Notes under the pieces: model-generated
Databases searched by the model: none
Told to the model about the DNA's origin: nothing
Seen by the model: only the letters and a program-made list of their open reading frames with translations
Shown here: positions 1 to 14,183 of the stretch, piece after piece
How positions within the stretch are numbered: the stretch's first letter is position 1
Layout: every line of letters begins with the position of its first letter
DNA from: Paraspadella gotoi
Taxonomy: Eukaryota; Animalia; Chaetognatha
Direction of reading: 5' to 3'
Assembly: GCA_051294375.1 (NCBI GenBank)
Contig: JBJCIZ010000239.1
Span: 2,064,581-2,128,580, forward strand
Length of the DNA stretch: 64,000 bases
Translations under genes and position numbers: made by a program

Positions 1-3000
1 TTGGAGAAAAACCAAGACGGATCTAGTTTTGAAGCTAACAGAGGAAAAATATTAGTATAAATTAGAAATAAAATCGCGTAGTGCATTTGGCGAGAAAAAT
101 ATTTGTTTGTTTAGAGAATAAAAGAATCAATTTGAGAAACTGTAGAATTTTAATTGTACGCTACTTTTGCGTAGATTTCTTCGTGCCAGTTAATAAAGTT
201 TTCAACTCTTTTTCTTTTCTTTTTTTAAAAGAATACAAATGAAAATGGGTAAAAATAAATATAAAATAAATAAGGCTAGTATCTTGCCATGACTTTGGAA
301 CAGGCCTATGGCGGTTTTAAGAGCGAAGTAAAACCAATAAGACCCAATAAGACGAATAGACCTAATAAGAACGCAAATAAGACCAAATAGAGACCAATAA
401 GACCAAATAAGACCAATAAGACCAATAAGACTGCCATCAATATTACGATAACATGAGCAGGAACTCCCTGCAAAGCTTTTAATCAGACTCGCCAAAGAGT
501 CAAGAGTGGTCCAGTCCAAACCACCCAGCTAGACCTTCCATAGCTGACTGTCCCTCGACCCCTCCGGGGGGTAGGCCTTTCCCCCACGTGTACCCCCCAA
601 ACCCCCCCACCCTTTTCTTCCAAAAACCCCGGGGCCAAACTAAACCTTTTTTGGTTTGGGTTCGCCGCCACGATCGATCGTAAGCAACTGCTGGACCCGA
701 AACTCCTCCGTCCTCTCAGATGTCGTTGTTTTCGTTGTTGTCGTTGTTTGTGTTGTTTTTCGACGAAGAGAAGGTGCGTTCGGAGAGGAGGGGATTGCGA
801 CCGCCGCCGGCGCCCGCAGACGCCGCCAAACAACAGACACGACAGCGCCGCTGAGAAAGCGGCGCGTCTTGGAGAGGAATCTATGAGGTGTAAGGGTCGC
901 AAAGTCCGTTGCATGGTGATGAAAGGAGTGGCGGGAGGGGAGAAAAGAGAGAGAGAGAGGAGGAGAGAGAGAGAGAGAGAGAGAGGAGACTCGACCGAAC
1001 GGAGCGGGGTCTTCTTCGCTAACATAAGGTGTCGCCTTCTCCTGCGTAGAATTAGAAGCCGTCGTTTTAAAAAAAAAAGAAAATTAAATGCATATATATC
1101 TTCCTTCTTTCAAATTAGTTAATTTGGTCGTCGTTATCGTCCAGATTATCGTCGTCACCGTCGTCATCTTATGCTTTTTTTAAATGTTTTTTAAAAATTG
1201 TTTCTCCTAAGAAACTTTGTGCATGAGTTGTTTGTATCACTCCCCGTCCCGCACGGATACCGCGAAACCCCCTCTGACGGGGAAAAAAATGGTTTTTTTC
1301 TTTTATTTTTTCGATTTTAAATTTTTTTCGTCAATAACATTTTGTTTGGTTTTTTTTGTAGTTTTTTTTTCATTTTTTTTGAGACGCCGCCGGCGCGAAA
1401 GGAAAACCGTGACCCTCCTGAAAAACGAATATTTCGGAAAAATTAATTAAAAATATAAATGAAAGTTGGTTTTAAAAAATTCAGTTAAAAAAAAAAAAAA
1501 CAACAGAAAAAAAAGTTTAAAGTTCTTCCCAACATAAAATAAAATGGTTTCGATCAGATTTTGTGAACTGAAAAAAGAAGTAATGACGAAGGAAAAATCG
1601 ATAAGAATTGAAAGAAAAAGACGACTATGACGACGACGCTTTTGAAGACGACAACAAAACGACACCGAAGGACGATACGACACGAGAGCGGGGACACTGA
1701 GAGACGATAAACACGGACAGCGAACGACGTACAACCAAAACAAGCAACAATTTCCTTCCGTGAAGAAAAAAGTCATCAGTGAAAAAAAAGAGTTTTTTAA
1801 TACAACTTTTTTTCCCAAGTGAAAGAAAAAAAAAAATTAATGGAAATGAAGAAAGAGAGTGTGTAGATAAGAAAGCAGAAACAGAAAAAGAGAGAAAAGG
1901 GAGAGAGAGAAGAGAGAGGGAGGAGAGACAGAGAGAGAGAGATTGAGAGAAAAAGAAAAAAATAATTTATTTTTCTCTCTGCGTTGTATCCTTCCGTTTA
2001 CAGCAGGTTAAAAAGGAAAAGCCGCGTCTCTTTCGGACGGCCAGAGGGACCAAAGAGAGAGAGAGAGAAAATAGAGAGAAGAGAGAGAGAGGAGAGAGAG
2101 AGTAGAGAAGAAGAGAGAGAGAGAGAGCTAATCTTCAAGGGAAACAAATAATATTGAAAGGAATTATAGAAAATGATAGTCTTCACCCGGGGACCTCTTC
2201 TGGAGAGAGAGAGGTGAGAGAAGGTGAGAGAGGAGGAAGAGGAAGAGGAAAGAGAGGGTAAAGACGAGTAGAGAGGAAAGAGAGAGAAAAAGAGGTTGAG
2301 AGAGAAAAGAAGAAGAGGAGAGAAAAAAAGGTCCATGAGAGAAGAGGAGATGAAGAAAAGAGAGATGAAAGGAGGAGAGAGAGAGGAAGAAGGAGAGAAG
2401 AAAAGAGGACAGAAAAAAAGAGCGAGAAGAGGAGAGAAAGAAAAGAGAGAGGAAGAAGGAGAGAGAGAAAAGAGAGAGGAAGAGGAGAGAAAAAAAAAGA
2501 GAGGAAGAGAGGAGAGGAGAAAAGAGAGAGGAGGAGAGAGAAAAGAAAGAGGAAAAAGGACAGAGAGAAAAGAGAGAGAAGAGGAGATGATAGAAAAGAG
2601 AGAGGAAGAAGTAAGAGAGAAAGAGATAGAAGAGGAGAGAGAGACAATAGAGAGGGAGAGAGAGAGAGGAGAGACAGGGTAGAGGAACAATAAAAAATAG
2701 AGGAAGTGGACGAGACTTTTTTTCTTTCTTTGGTTTCCGTCGCCTGCGACGCGTGAACAAAACGACGAAATAAGCAGTAAGCTTTTTTTTTTTTTATAAT
2801 TGAAAGGTCCCTTGGCGTTATTTCCGCCTTTTTGGAAAGCTGAAAGGCGAGGACTTGCGTTTTTAATTTATTTTGTCGCCCTGAGTTCGAGATCAGAAAG
2901 CCGAGTGCGGGTGTGGTTGGTGTTTTTCCGATTGGTTGCCTGATTTCGAGTTCCCTCGCCCGGCTTTGGCTTTTTTGATCGGACGCCCCCTGATTCGATT

Positions 3001-3789
3001 AAGAGCATTCTTTGCTTTTTTTTTGAAATGTCTGCCTGATTCCGATTCATCGGTCTTAGCTTTTTTTTTTTTTCCGGCCTGAAAACCAAATAACGAATTA
3101 AAAAATAAAGCTTTTTTTTGCTGGAATTGAAATTTTCAATAATTGTGGAGCGAATGAAAGAAAAAGTAATGAGGAGAACGCTGGCTGTCGGACTAATTAG
3201 GCGATATCGTCAAAACCTGATTTTGACGAACGTAAAATAGATATTTATTTTATTCCCGCCGGCGCCGTCGAATTAATTAAAAGCAGGTTTTCCCTCAGGC
3301 GGGAATATTATTTAGGGGTCACAACAAGTGAAAACGCCCCGGTGGGAATTTTGGTTTGGGTTGGATCGGAGTACATGCTTTGATAAAGTAAATAATTTGA
3401 ACGAAAATAATGTACGGATCAACCCTGGGAAACAAAAAAAAACAAGACCGTTTTTTAATTTTGGCGTTCCTAATGTCAAGTCTTAACGGTGAACTGTTGC
3501 AACTTTAATGTTCAGTTCTATTTTATTCCAATATGGTTTTTGTCAAATAAAAATAACTTTACCGTTTTGAAAAGATTAAAAAATTTTTTTGCCCCAGTGA
3601 TCGTAATTTTTGAAAAACCGGTTTTCCTAACCTTTTCTAAAAAATAAACGTGCAAGTATAATAAAGAATATTTTTAAAGGGGTTTTAAGAATGGCCATAT
3701 AAGTGATATAACGAAAACCGGATAGAGAGAGAGAGAGAGAGAGAGAGGGAGAAGAGAGAAAGAAGAGAGAGAGAGAAGAGAGAGAAGAA

Positions 3790-3825
<36 letters not shown>

Positions 3826-5256
3826 AAACAATCAGCTTTTTCCGAAGGGATTAAATTTTTCTTTCTTTTTTTTTTCGGGGATTCGCAATCAAACCAACGC
3901 GATTCATTTATTCAAATTGATCGGAACTGAAGATAGAACGACCCCATGGCAATGCTCCCAAAAGGAAAATGGCATGGAATGCTTAAAGGAAAATGAAAAA
4001 AATGACGGTGGAGAAACAACATGAATGCCGGAAGGAAGGAACAAGGAAGAAATTGACTTGGAATGCCCATGGATGACGGGATTAGATGCCAACGGCATCA
4101 TATGCCAATTGACAGGCATCGGGAATGATGAACACAGGAACGGATAACGATTTAAAAAAAAGAAAAAAAAAACAGCATTTAATTCCAACGGAGAACGGCC
4201 ACTGGAATGCTAAAGTAAAACCGGCATTCGCATTTACCAATGAGAACGGCATAAAATTCCGAAAAAGAAACAGGCAATCGGAATGCCCGGAAGGAGAGCA
4301 GCATCGAATTGGAAATTATTACCTACTCGTTTTATATCCCGGAAACAAATTTTTTCTAATTCGGATGAAAAATTGGATTCAATTTTTCGTTGGTTTTGAG
4401 CTGCCACAAATTTTCTCAGCGGGGGAGGGGGGGGGGGCAGGGAGAAAAAACCGATGGTCGTAGTAATATTTGAGTTATGTTTACATTAATTTGTTTTGTG
4501 GTGATAATAATTGTGAGGCACAAAAGGGAATAGCCTATGACAGACTAACGCCGTATTTTTTCAATGTTGATTTAATAATATTTTCACATTGAGTGGATTT
4601 AATTATATTATCTATATATAATTATCGGATATATTATCTATATGAGCTATCAAATGCCCCTGTGTTCCGATTATTGAATGGCATTTGCCTTGGCATTGCA
4701 CTTTATTTTTGGCGATCCCGATCATTTGGAACAAAGTTCAGCCCGTGTTTTAAAAACAACTCTTTATAAAAAAGAATCCCGCGAGGTGCGCTTTTTTTCT
4801 TCCCCATCGCGCAGGTGACGAAATATAACAACACAATGATCCGCGAAAAATTAAAAATCTACCGGGTTGATCCACAAAAGGATCATTCTTAAGACCTTTT
4901 ATTTTGTGGAAACCGTTCATTATTTCCGCACCACGAAATGTAAGTTTTTTTTTTGGTTTCTTTTTTTTATAAATAAAAAGTATATCTTTCTTATTTCTCT
5001 CCCTCTCTTTTTTCGGTCCCAAAGCCTGTTTCCCTTAATACCAATTCAAAATCTCTCTCACTCTCAACCTCTCTCCTCTCTCTCTCTCTCTCTTCCTCTT
5101 TGTCAGCTCTCTCTCTCTCCTCGATCTCTCTCCTCCCTCTCGCTCTTCTCCTTCCCCCTCTCTCTCTCCCTCGTTCCTCTCCCTCTCCTCCCCTTCACTC
5201 TCATCTCGCTCCTCTCTTCGCTCTTCTCTCCCTCTTCTCTCTTCTCTCTTCTCCTC
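1..5256. repeat. Direct duplicate of 13270-18525
   Basis: The ORF track gives the same proteins at a constant offset of 13269, and both copies end at the same base before an N gap. Confidence 0.97.
646..914 (-). pseudogene. LAMC1: Further frameshifted copy of laminin gamma exon 1
   Basis: Same sequence as 13915-14183 (offset 13269). Confidence 0.7.
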
Positions 5257-5501
5257 NNNNNNNNNNNNNNNNNNNNNNNNNAAAAAAGAAAATTTAAAAA
5301 CGAAGACGGAGAATAGAGTTTTGTGTGAATTAAAAATCGTTTTATGTTATATAGTACTTAAAGTTATCTTCTTTTCCCTTCTATTTATTTATACACCTTT
5401 TCCAAAAAACTTTTTTTTCCTATTTATCTTTTTTCAAAATTTAGTGAATCCCAATAAAACCGGCTTAAGAGACAGTAATTATTGTTATGTGTTAGTGATA
5501 G

Positions 5502-5677
5502 AACCGTTCAATATAAGCAGTCCCTGAGCTTCGGATCAGGCTGTAACACCATGTTACAGGCGGGTTAAGCGCCCCGTCCCTCTTAACTGCCAGACGACCA
5601 CCGGGCTAGAACCCCGGACCTTTGGGTTGGGAGGCGAATGACTTGCCTCCGGCACCAATGGCCGCTGATGAACGGTT
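5502..5677 (-). mobile_element. Same SINE-like element in the duplicate copy
   Basis: GCGGCCATTGGTGCCGGAGGCAAG...CTCCCAA...GGGGTTCTAGCCCGGTGGTCGT on the minus strand. Confidence 0.62.
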
Positions 5678-6085
5678 GGTGGATTTTAGTCCAACATACG
5701 GCCTTATATTTACAGAACGTCTTATTTTATTTTTTAAAATTAAAGATAAGGTTAGAGGTTAGGGTTATGGATTACGGTTAGGGATTAAGGTTAGGGATTA
5801 GTTTAGTGAATAAAGTTAGGAAGTAGGGTTAGGGACTATAATTTAAGATTAGGGGTTAGGGTTAAAAATCTGGGAAAAGGAAGCTAAGGTTTAGAATAAG
5901 GTTAGGATTCTGGATTAAATTTACGGATTAGGTTTCAAGTTTAAAAAAAAATATATATAAGTTAAATATTTAAATTTTAAAGAAAAACAAAGCTTTTTGA
6001 ATTTGTTCTTCTCTAAATATTAAGCAACAATGAAAAGAAAGGATTATCACATGTAATATTTAAAATTAAATTAAAATTAAAGTTC

Positions 6086-7373
6086 TTTAGAAGAAAAACA
6101 AAGTTTTTAATGTGGTACATACGAATATTAATATTGGAGATACGGTAATGTGTTTCAGGCTCACATTTCAGCCTTCCATCAGCGTGTTGCCATAAGGACA
6201 AGTATATTTGTGGCAAAGAGAGGGTCGTGAGAGAAGAGAGAGGAGACGAGAGAGGAGAGAGAGGAGATGAATGGTAGGTTCCAAACATGGTGAGACAGAT
6301 AGTGGTCAGATGAGAGAACAGGCTGAAGTTGAGGATACAGATTGAGTGAAGTTGGTGAAAAGAAATGAAATTTGTTAGAGGAGAGAGAGAGATGAGAGAG
6401 AGAGAAGAGAGGGACACATGGGATAAATAAATAAGGTATTAAAATACATTTTGTATATGTACAACAAAAGCTAAAAAGGTCAGCTTCTGTCCGCAGTTTC
6501 TGCAGGAAATTCCGGCAGGCACAGGCATCTGTTTCAGGGAATACAGACTGTCTCGTGCTGTGCCCATGACCCCAAACTGGTTCTCAAAGAGGTACTTAGA
6601 GAGCAATTTAATCAAAAGCCCTCGAGCGCCTCTTTGAATGCCGTGATGGAGGACGATCATCGATCTCCCTCCAAGTTATGATACCTTATCAAAGCGTTGA
6701 AGCCCCGCTCCACCACGCCCAGCACATATTCCCTCTCCACTCAAGAGACAGGCGAGGACGCCTTAGGCGCGGCAATGGCAACGATGGCCGTCTCACGTCC
6801 AATGAACAACTCAGTCCCTGCTCTCTGGCGACTGGGCGCTTGCCTCCAAAACGGACCGGCTTAGGAGTAGGGACGAGAGTCCACCACTCCTGTCACTAAG
6901 CGGCAGAACGGACCAACCGCTCGCTCCGCGGCTGCTAGAGGCGAAGAAGAGTGGCAGCCAGCAGGCACGAAGACAGGCCAAGAGACATAAGAGGTGGCTC
7001 CTGGGAACATTTCTCCGGTCAGGCTTCGATACTCATGCAAGCATTCCTGGTTCAACACACTCTCCTCTCAGCCTTGACGCGGTACATGACCTGGCACCTA
7101 ATCGTCTCTGTCTTCTTTGCAATAAAACAAGGGGCCCAGCTCATTTTTGAGCTCTTTCTCTTTCTCCTTATATTTCACTTTCCTATCCTCCTAACATATC
7201 AACTATCGCTTTTCACATATTCAATTTCATAATTCATCGTTACTATCCTTGTCAGCTAACTATTTAAATTAGATAATTGTTAACTCTACTGAAATTTAGT
7301 TTTTCAAATTTTTACTTTTGTTGTACATTACAAATGTATGCTTTAAATACGTTATTTATTTTATCGCCTGGTT

Positions 7374-7410
<37 letters not shown>

Positions 7411-7714
7411 GTCTAAGCAAATTTATTTCTTTGTCAAAACTCACTCAATCTGTCGCTCACTTCACCTGTCTTAGTCATCTGAGCCACTATTTCTGTCTCA
7501 ACCGACTTTGGTTGGAAACCTTTACCTCTATCTCTCTTCTAGTCTCTCTGTCGCTCCTCTCCTCTCTCTCTCACATCTCGCTTCTTTTCCAAATAAATTT
7601 CCTTATGCGCAAACGCTGGATGAAGCGCTCGAAATGTGAGCGCGAAACATGTCCGTATTCTCCAATTAAATTTCGTTGTACCTACAATTAATAAACTTTG
7701 TGTTTTTCTCTAAA
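6086..7714 (+). mobile_element. Same Penelope-like insertion in the duplicate laminin copy
   Basis: Inverted arms at about 6086-6478 and 7310-7714 around the same endonuclease remnant; more indels than the other copy. Confidence 0.85.
7613..7656 (+). ncRNA. Hammerhead ribozyme (duplicate copy, one extra G in the core)
   Basis: ACGCTGGATGAAGCGCTCGAAATGTGAGCGCGAAACATGTCCGT. Confidence 0.7.
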
Positions 7715-7855
7715 TCCTAATACACAACGAAACCGGCGAGGGTTTCAATACATTCAATTCTTAAAAGAAAAAAATAAAAGGAACAGAAGGGGGGACTCTC
7801 AGGGAAAGAGAGCCCCCGAAACCCAAACCACCTCGCCAGCGACTGCCGCACAGTC

Positions 7856-9338
7856 TGATAAATACGGCGCGCATTCCCGCAGTCCCGTCCCCGCTGGTGT
7901 TGTTTCGCACGAGCAGACGAGACGCGCGCGGTTACCGACGCGACCGCTGTCGAGTTGACGCAATGGGAGGGCCGTGGCCGTGCGACTTGCAGCGCCCTCC
8001 GACGGCGGGCAAATCCGAGCATGGCGTAGAAGTAGAGACTTGAGGACCTGATTTGACTTTTTTTATTTTTTTGAGGGGAGCAAATATCAATCTGTTAATA
8101 CGTATATAATGATGCTTATTTTTAAAAATATAGTTAAACACGAAGTGAGTGACAACTTTAATCAACCATTATACAATAAGGAGACACAAGGGCCTGTTAA
8201 TCCGATGTTAACGCGGATAACAAAATCAAAAAAACTTAAAGACTTAAACCATTTATCAAGTTAACAATCATAAACATTATAAAAATAAAGATCCCCAAAA
8301 AAAACAAAAAACATATAATAGATAACTACGAAAAGGAAAAAAAACACATACGAAAATAACAAACAAGTAGTAAGTACGAACCAAACAAGAAACCACGGAC
8401 GAAACACAAGCATTCTATTCAGTGACCGACGAACCACCTTCCGGATCCCAACACTTCGTCAAACCGAAAGTGTTGGAGTCGATGAGCGGAGACGCGAATT
8501 CCGGTCGCGGTCACGAAGTCTTTGAGTTTCGGGCGATGTTGGAGTTCGGTTCGCGGGGAAGGGGCGGCTCCCCGAGGGTCTTGAGATCGGAGCGAGTGGA
8601 GGGTTAAGGAGGTGGTCGAGAGGGAAAGAGTGTGGGAGAGAGAGAGAGGGGGGAAAAGGGGGTTGTGAATTGTGAAAATTTGTGAAATTGTGAAAAGTTT
8701 TTAAAAAAAGCTTTTATTTTGATTTTGATTTATTTGTTATAATATTTTTGTGTTAAAGAGTTTAAATGTAATGGATTATTTATCGATGTTTTTGGATGGG
8801 ACGATTGATTGTAGAAAAGAAAATTAAAACAAGAAGGAGACGAAAAGTTAGTAAAGTAAATACAAAATGAACACATTTGTTTATACATTTATACATTTAA
8901 CACTCATTTTTATTTTATTCGTTCATTTGTTAATGTTATTCATTCATTGACCTCTATGTCTCACGGCCTCTTCTCTTCCTCTTTTTCTTTCTCTCTCTCT
9001 CTCTCTCTATCTCCTATCCTCTCTTCTCTCTCTTTTTCTCTCTCTTTTTTCCTTTCGTTTCTCTCTCTCTCTCTCCTCCGTCTGCTCTCCTCTCTCGTCA
9101 TCTCTCTCTCCAATCACCTCTCTCTCTCTCTCTTCTCTCTGTGTGCTCTGCAGATCCCTTAATAAGGTTCATTTTTACAACTCTCTCTCTCTCTCTCTTC
9201 TTCTCGTCTTTTTCTTCTCTCATCTCGTCTCTCTCTATTCTATGCTCTCTCGAACGGTCCTTAATTAGGTTACGTCGTTTTATACACTCTCTCTCTGACT
9301 CTCCCTCTCTCTCTTCTCTCTCTCTCATTCTCTCTCTC

Positions 9339-9374
<36 letters not shown>

Positions 9375-12300
9375 TCCTCGTCTCTCCCTCTCCTCCCTCT
9401 GCCTCTCCCCTCAAAACATCCACCTGAACGGCGATATTCGCCCCGGTCAGCGGCGAGGATGTCGGAACATCGTTCGTAACACAAAGCCTTTCTTCACGTC
9501 GGGTCCGGAACGAAATGTTAGTCATCATGCGTCGTAACGGACACCTGGGCTACTCGTCTCGCACACCCGAGTAAAATTGGTAACGGCTCCCACGTACAAG
9601 TTCGCACTCTTTTTATATACAAGATTCCGGAACGGACGTGTGGGAACCGAAGACTGAAGCGTAGGTTATATCGAATGCTTTGCGAAGGATTGAAGCGTGA
9701 GATTGCAGAGTACGGATGCTGCACGTTCTGCAACATCGTTTCCGAATTGCCACAGGTCTCGTTGGAGTGCTGGCGTTTATTTTGTTGTTTGCGGTGTGTG
9801 AGTGGGAGGGGGAGGAAAAGAGGGGGGTGAAAGTTGTGATTAGTTTTTGGGGTTAGAATGGGGGAGGGCAGAGAAAAAGGATAAATGTGAACTTGGGGAT
9901 AATGTTTCATAGGTCTTATGACCGCTGAAATGACAATATTTGATGCTTTCTTATTTGTACAGGTCAGGCTCTCACGCCTATCTGTATCTCTAATTGGTTT
10001 GTTTTTAATCGTAGACTGGGTATTTTACAGCTCAACCACTGCCGAATATTTTATTGATAGATGGGTTAAAAAATTTAAAAAAAAAAACAAAGAAAAAAAA
10101 CAAACAACAAAACAACCATGAGATTAGAAATAAGACACAAAATTTCAAACAATCCAAAAACCCCCCCAAAAAAAATTGTAACTTTATATTTCTACCTGTT
10201 TTTGCTAATTTTTTATTGACAAAACAATGAAAATTTAAAAGAGTTGTAATAATAACATTATCAGAATATTGAATAAAAAAAAATTGTGTACTTTCGACAA
10301 TTTAAAAATAGCTTCTCTGCCTTCCGAATCTTTTAAGCAGACACTTTTAAGTAATTTCTTTGCAGAAAGCATCTTCGATTTTTCAAAACCGTAACCTCCT
10401 CGTGCACTCGCCCTACTAAACCTTCGCTGGAAACAGTCCGTCAAGAACTTCGCCGGGTGCGCCCTCTTCGCGTCCCGCGAATCGCAAACGTCGCACTCTT
10501 TCCTCGCGCCAGTTGACGCCCGTTTGACGGCAGAATTCGATCGGTGGAGATCCGGCAGTGTTGTCCGCGATTGCACCTCCGCGTTGAAGGCCGCGTTGAC
10601 GAAGGAAAGGGATGCATCTGTTCCGGGGGTTGGCGCGGGTGGATGAAGAGCAAGACGTTTTTCAATTAAAGCTTTAATTAAACTTTAATATTAATAAAGT
10701 ATATTAAGTAATATTGAGGAATATTAAGTTTCATATTGAAGTTTAATACTAAATATAAAATTTTCAATATTAAGTTTCATTATTAAAGTTTCAATATTAA
10801 GTTTCAATATAAAGTTTCAATAATTAAATTTTCAAGCTGTAATGTCCGGTTTCCTGTGATCGACAGAATTTTTAGGACTGCTACTCAATCACACGCCGCA
10901 ATGGCTAAGAAGCAATTGTTTCTTTCCTTCGCCTCAGCGATTTAAAAAAACATAGAAAATAGGAGTGAAATAAATCACTGTTTATTATATTTATTGTTTA
11001 AATTGTATTACATTCTATCACTGCTTATCATAACTAGTGATGCAATATCACTCTGGGAGTTTATTGAACTAAACTTCAACCCCCATCATAGCCCTGTCCA
11101 AAGTCAGGAGGCAAAAGGCTTGTGGAGGGACGAAGATACACACGAGTTGTGGTCATAATTTTAGAACCTGGCGCCATGCAATTTTTTGGGCAATAGAATT
11201 GGTCGAAATCTCTATTTCCACCCGATACAAACACTTTTCAGGCCAGACGCAATATTCCGACAGTAGATTTTTTCCCCTGGTAAAGAATTCCTTAAAATGA
11301 TCACAACGTCAACGTCACCGTTTCAAAAATATTTTATTGTTCGTTCCCGACCTTTGAAAAAAAAGTTGAAATTCTCTTCTCGCAAATCTCTAATGGCTAA
11401 TAAATAACGAAAATATTAATGACTGGAGAAAAGTTCCAATTTTGAGAGGCAAAGGTGAAATAAATCGTTTTTTTTTTAAGCAAAAAAAAAAAAAAAAAAA
11501 CCTGAGATTTTTATTTCAAATTTTTTCGACCCAAAATGTTAATTCGTTTGATTTGAATTATTAATAATACCGTTAGGTGATTGGTTTATAGGAGCATAAA
11601 ATAAAAAGAGTCGAAAAGATATGGCTCCATGTGGTCTAGTGGGTTAGGATTCGGCGACTCTCACCGCCGGGCCGGGGTTCGATTCCCCGCAATGGGAAAT
11701 TTTCAAAAAATTTTTGAAACGTTATAGTTCTTTTAAAATGTAAGTTATCGCTGCCCCTAAATTGGAACAAGCTGTGGTGGTTTAAACCAAATGAAAGGTA
11801 TACATGAATGATTTTTAAAAAAGAATGTTTCAATTGTATACTAAAAGGACCATTCCTTATGTACAGGAATCATTCATTTAAAAATCAATTTGGACTTTTT
11901 TAAAAAGCTGTGCATTGTATTTTATTGTTTAAAAACGGATTCTCAATTCCCTTCCTGGTCCCTCTGAGCCAATTTTTTTCTGGTTTCTATACAGATCCGC
12001 GACGTTTCTTAAAAAACAAAAAAAACACTAAACAACAAAAAAAATAAACAGAATTCTCTTTTTTTAACTTTTTAGGTCTAAAAGTCATTTGGCTCTGGGA
12101 AAAAGGACGGTGTTATTTCCGCAGAACGCCCAATTTTAACTTATAATTCGGAATTAGGTTTCATTTTTTTTAGTTAAAGACGTAAAATTAAAGTTAGGGG
12201 TTAAGAATTAGGTTGAGGATTAGGATCAGGATATAGGTTAATGAATTAGATAAGGATAGGTTAAGGATTTAGATTAAAGGATTGATTAAGGATTAAGATT

Positions 12301-13098
12301 AAGGAGAGGGTTAAGGATTAGGTTGTGATTGAGGTTAATGACATTTAAGTTAAAGACTATGTATTTGAAATTAAGGATAAGAAGTTTAGGATTAGGTTAG
12401 GGTTATCCCATTAAGGTTAGGGGATTTAGGGTTAGATATTGATTATAAGTTTAAAAATATATTTTTAAAAGTTTTTTAAGGTTAAAAATTAAGTTCTGGG
12501 AAAAACTAGCAAAAAGTGGGAAGCTCTCGAAAAGAGAGCCGACATTTAAGTCGCTTCGGTTCCGCAATCGACAGGAAATAAGAACTTGGGAAGTCCTTGT
12601 TTCTTTTATGTTTTTTTTTTAGTTTGTTTTCTTTTGAGAGGGTCGGTAAAAGGGGGGCGGAGGAGGTGGAGAGATAGAGTTGCTGTGGGGAAGAGAGAGA
12701 GATTTCTGATTTTTAGGTGAAATGTGTAATGAGAATTTGAGGAGAAATGAAAAAAAGGGAGAGGACGGAAAGAGAAACAGGGTGGCTTTTGAATGGAAGG
12801 AAATAAGGGAAAGAAGAAAGAAGAAGGAAAGAAAGAGAGACGAATGTTAAAATAAAGAGAGAGAAGAAAGAAAGAAAAAATAAGTATTATTAATAACGAA
12901 AAAAGAAAAGAGATGAAAGAAAGTAGGAAAGAAGGATAAGAAAGAAGACTGTAAATCTGGTTTCTCATCGAGAATTTTTTACTTCTTCAATCTCTCTCAC
13001 AAAGAGGGTGGTGCGAAATTCTAACCCTAAAATGCACTTTGTTCCGCGGCGTCGATAAGACTCTCTCTCTCTCTCATCTTCTCTCTCTTCTCTCTCGT

Positions 13099-13132
<34 letters not shown>

Positions 13133-14183
13133 CGTGGGCACCGCAGGTTAAATTGGGTCCAAATCGAGTCGTAAATTGAGTCCAAGAGCCAAAACTTATC
13201 CGAGAAATCGAGTAGGCAAAAGAGATAAACAAACAATTACGATCCGCAGATAAAATACTTTTAATATATTTGGAGAAAAACCAAGACGGATCTAGTTTTG
13301 AAGCTAACAGAGGAAAAATATTAGTATAAATTAGAAATAAAATCGCGTAGTGCATTTGGCGAGAAAAATATTTGTTTGTTTAGAGAATAAAAGAATCAAT
13401 TTGAGAAACTGTAGAATTTTAATTGTACGCTACTTTTGCGTAGATTTCTTCGTGCCAGTTAATAAAGTTTTCAACTCTTTTTCTTTTCTTTTTTTAAAAG
13501 AATACAAATGAAAATGGGTAAAAATAAATATAAAATAAATAAGGCTAGTATCTTGCCATGACTTTGGAACAGGCCTATGGCGGTTTTAAGAGCGAAGTAA
13601 AACCAATAAGACCCAATAAGACGAATAGACCTAATAAGAACGCAAATAAGACCAAATAGAGACCAATAAGACCAAATAAGACCAATAAGACCAATAAGAC
13701 TGCCATCAATATTACGATAACATGAGCAGGAACTCCCTGCAAAGCTTTTAATCAGACTCGCCAAAGAGTCAAGAGTGGTCCAGTCCAAACCACCCAGCTA
13801 GACCTTCCATAGCTGACTGTCCCTCGACCCCTCCGGGGGGTAGGCCTTTCCCCCACGTGTACCCCCCAAACCCCCCCACCCTTTTCTTCCAAAAACCCCG
13901 GGGCCAAACTAAACCTTTTTTGGTTTGGGTTCGCCGCCACGATCGATCGTAAGCAACTGCTGGACCCGAAACTCCTCCGTCCTCTCAGATGTCGTTGTTT
14001 TCGTTGTTGTCGTTGTTTGTGTTGTTTTTCGACGAAGAGAAGGTGCGTTCGGAGAGGAGGGGATTGCGACCGCCGCCGGCGCCCGCAGACGCCGCCAAAC
14101 AACAGACACGACAGCGCCGCTGAGAAAGCGGCGCGTCTTGGAGAGGAATCTATGAGGTGTAAGGGTCGCAAAGTCCGTTGCAT
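7856..14183 (-). pseudogene. LAMC1: Indel-ridden second copy of laminin gamma exons 1-5 (probable unpolished read or haplotype duplicate)
   Basis: Exon equivalents at about 13915-14183, 10422-10617, 9424-9768, 8438-8580 and 7856-8047, colinear with the 25-40 kb copy. Differences are mostly 1-nt indels. Confidence 0.75.
11626..11698 (+). tRNA. tRNA-Glu(CTC), duplicate with indels
   Basis: Same gene and flanks as 28925-28996. Confidence 0.7.

Noticed and set aside
1998-2760. Long Ser/Leu/Phe- or Arg/Glu-rich ORFs (also 15267-16029, 41346-42251, 45891-46809, 55439-56053)
   Set aside because: Translations of GA/CT microsatellite tracts that lack stops; not genes.
5750-5935. Telomere or interstitial telomere
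   Set aside because: The arrays are short, highly degenerate, intronic and share non-telomeric ends; treated as a dispersed repeat.
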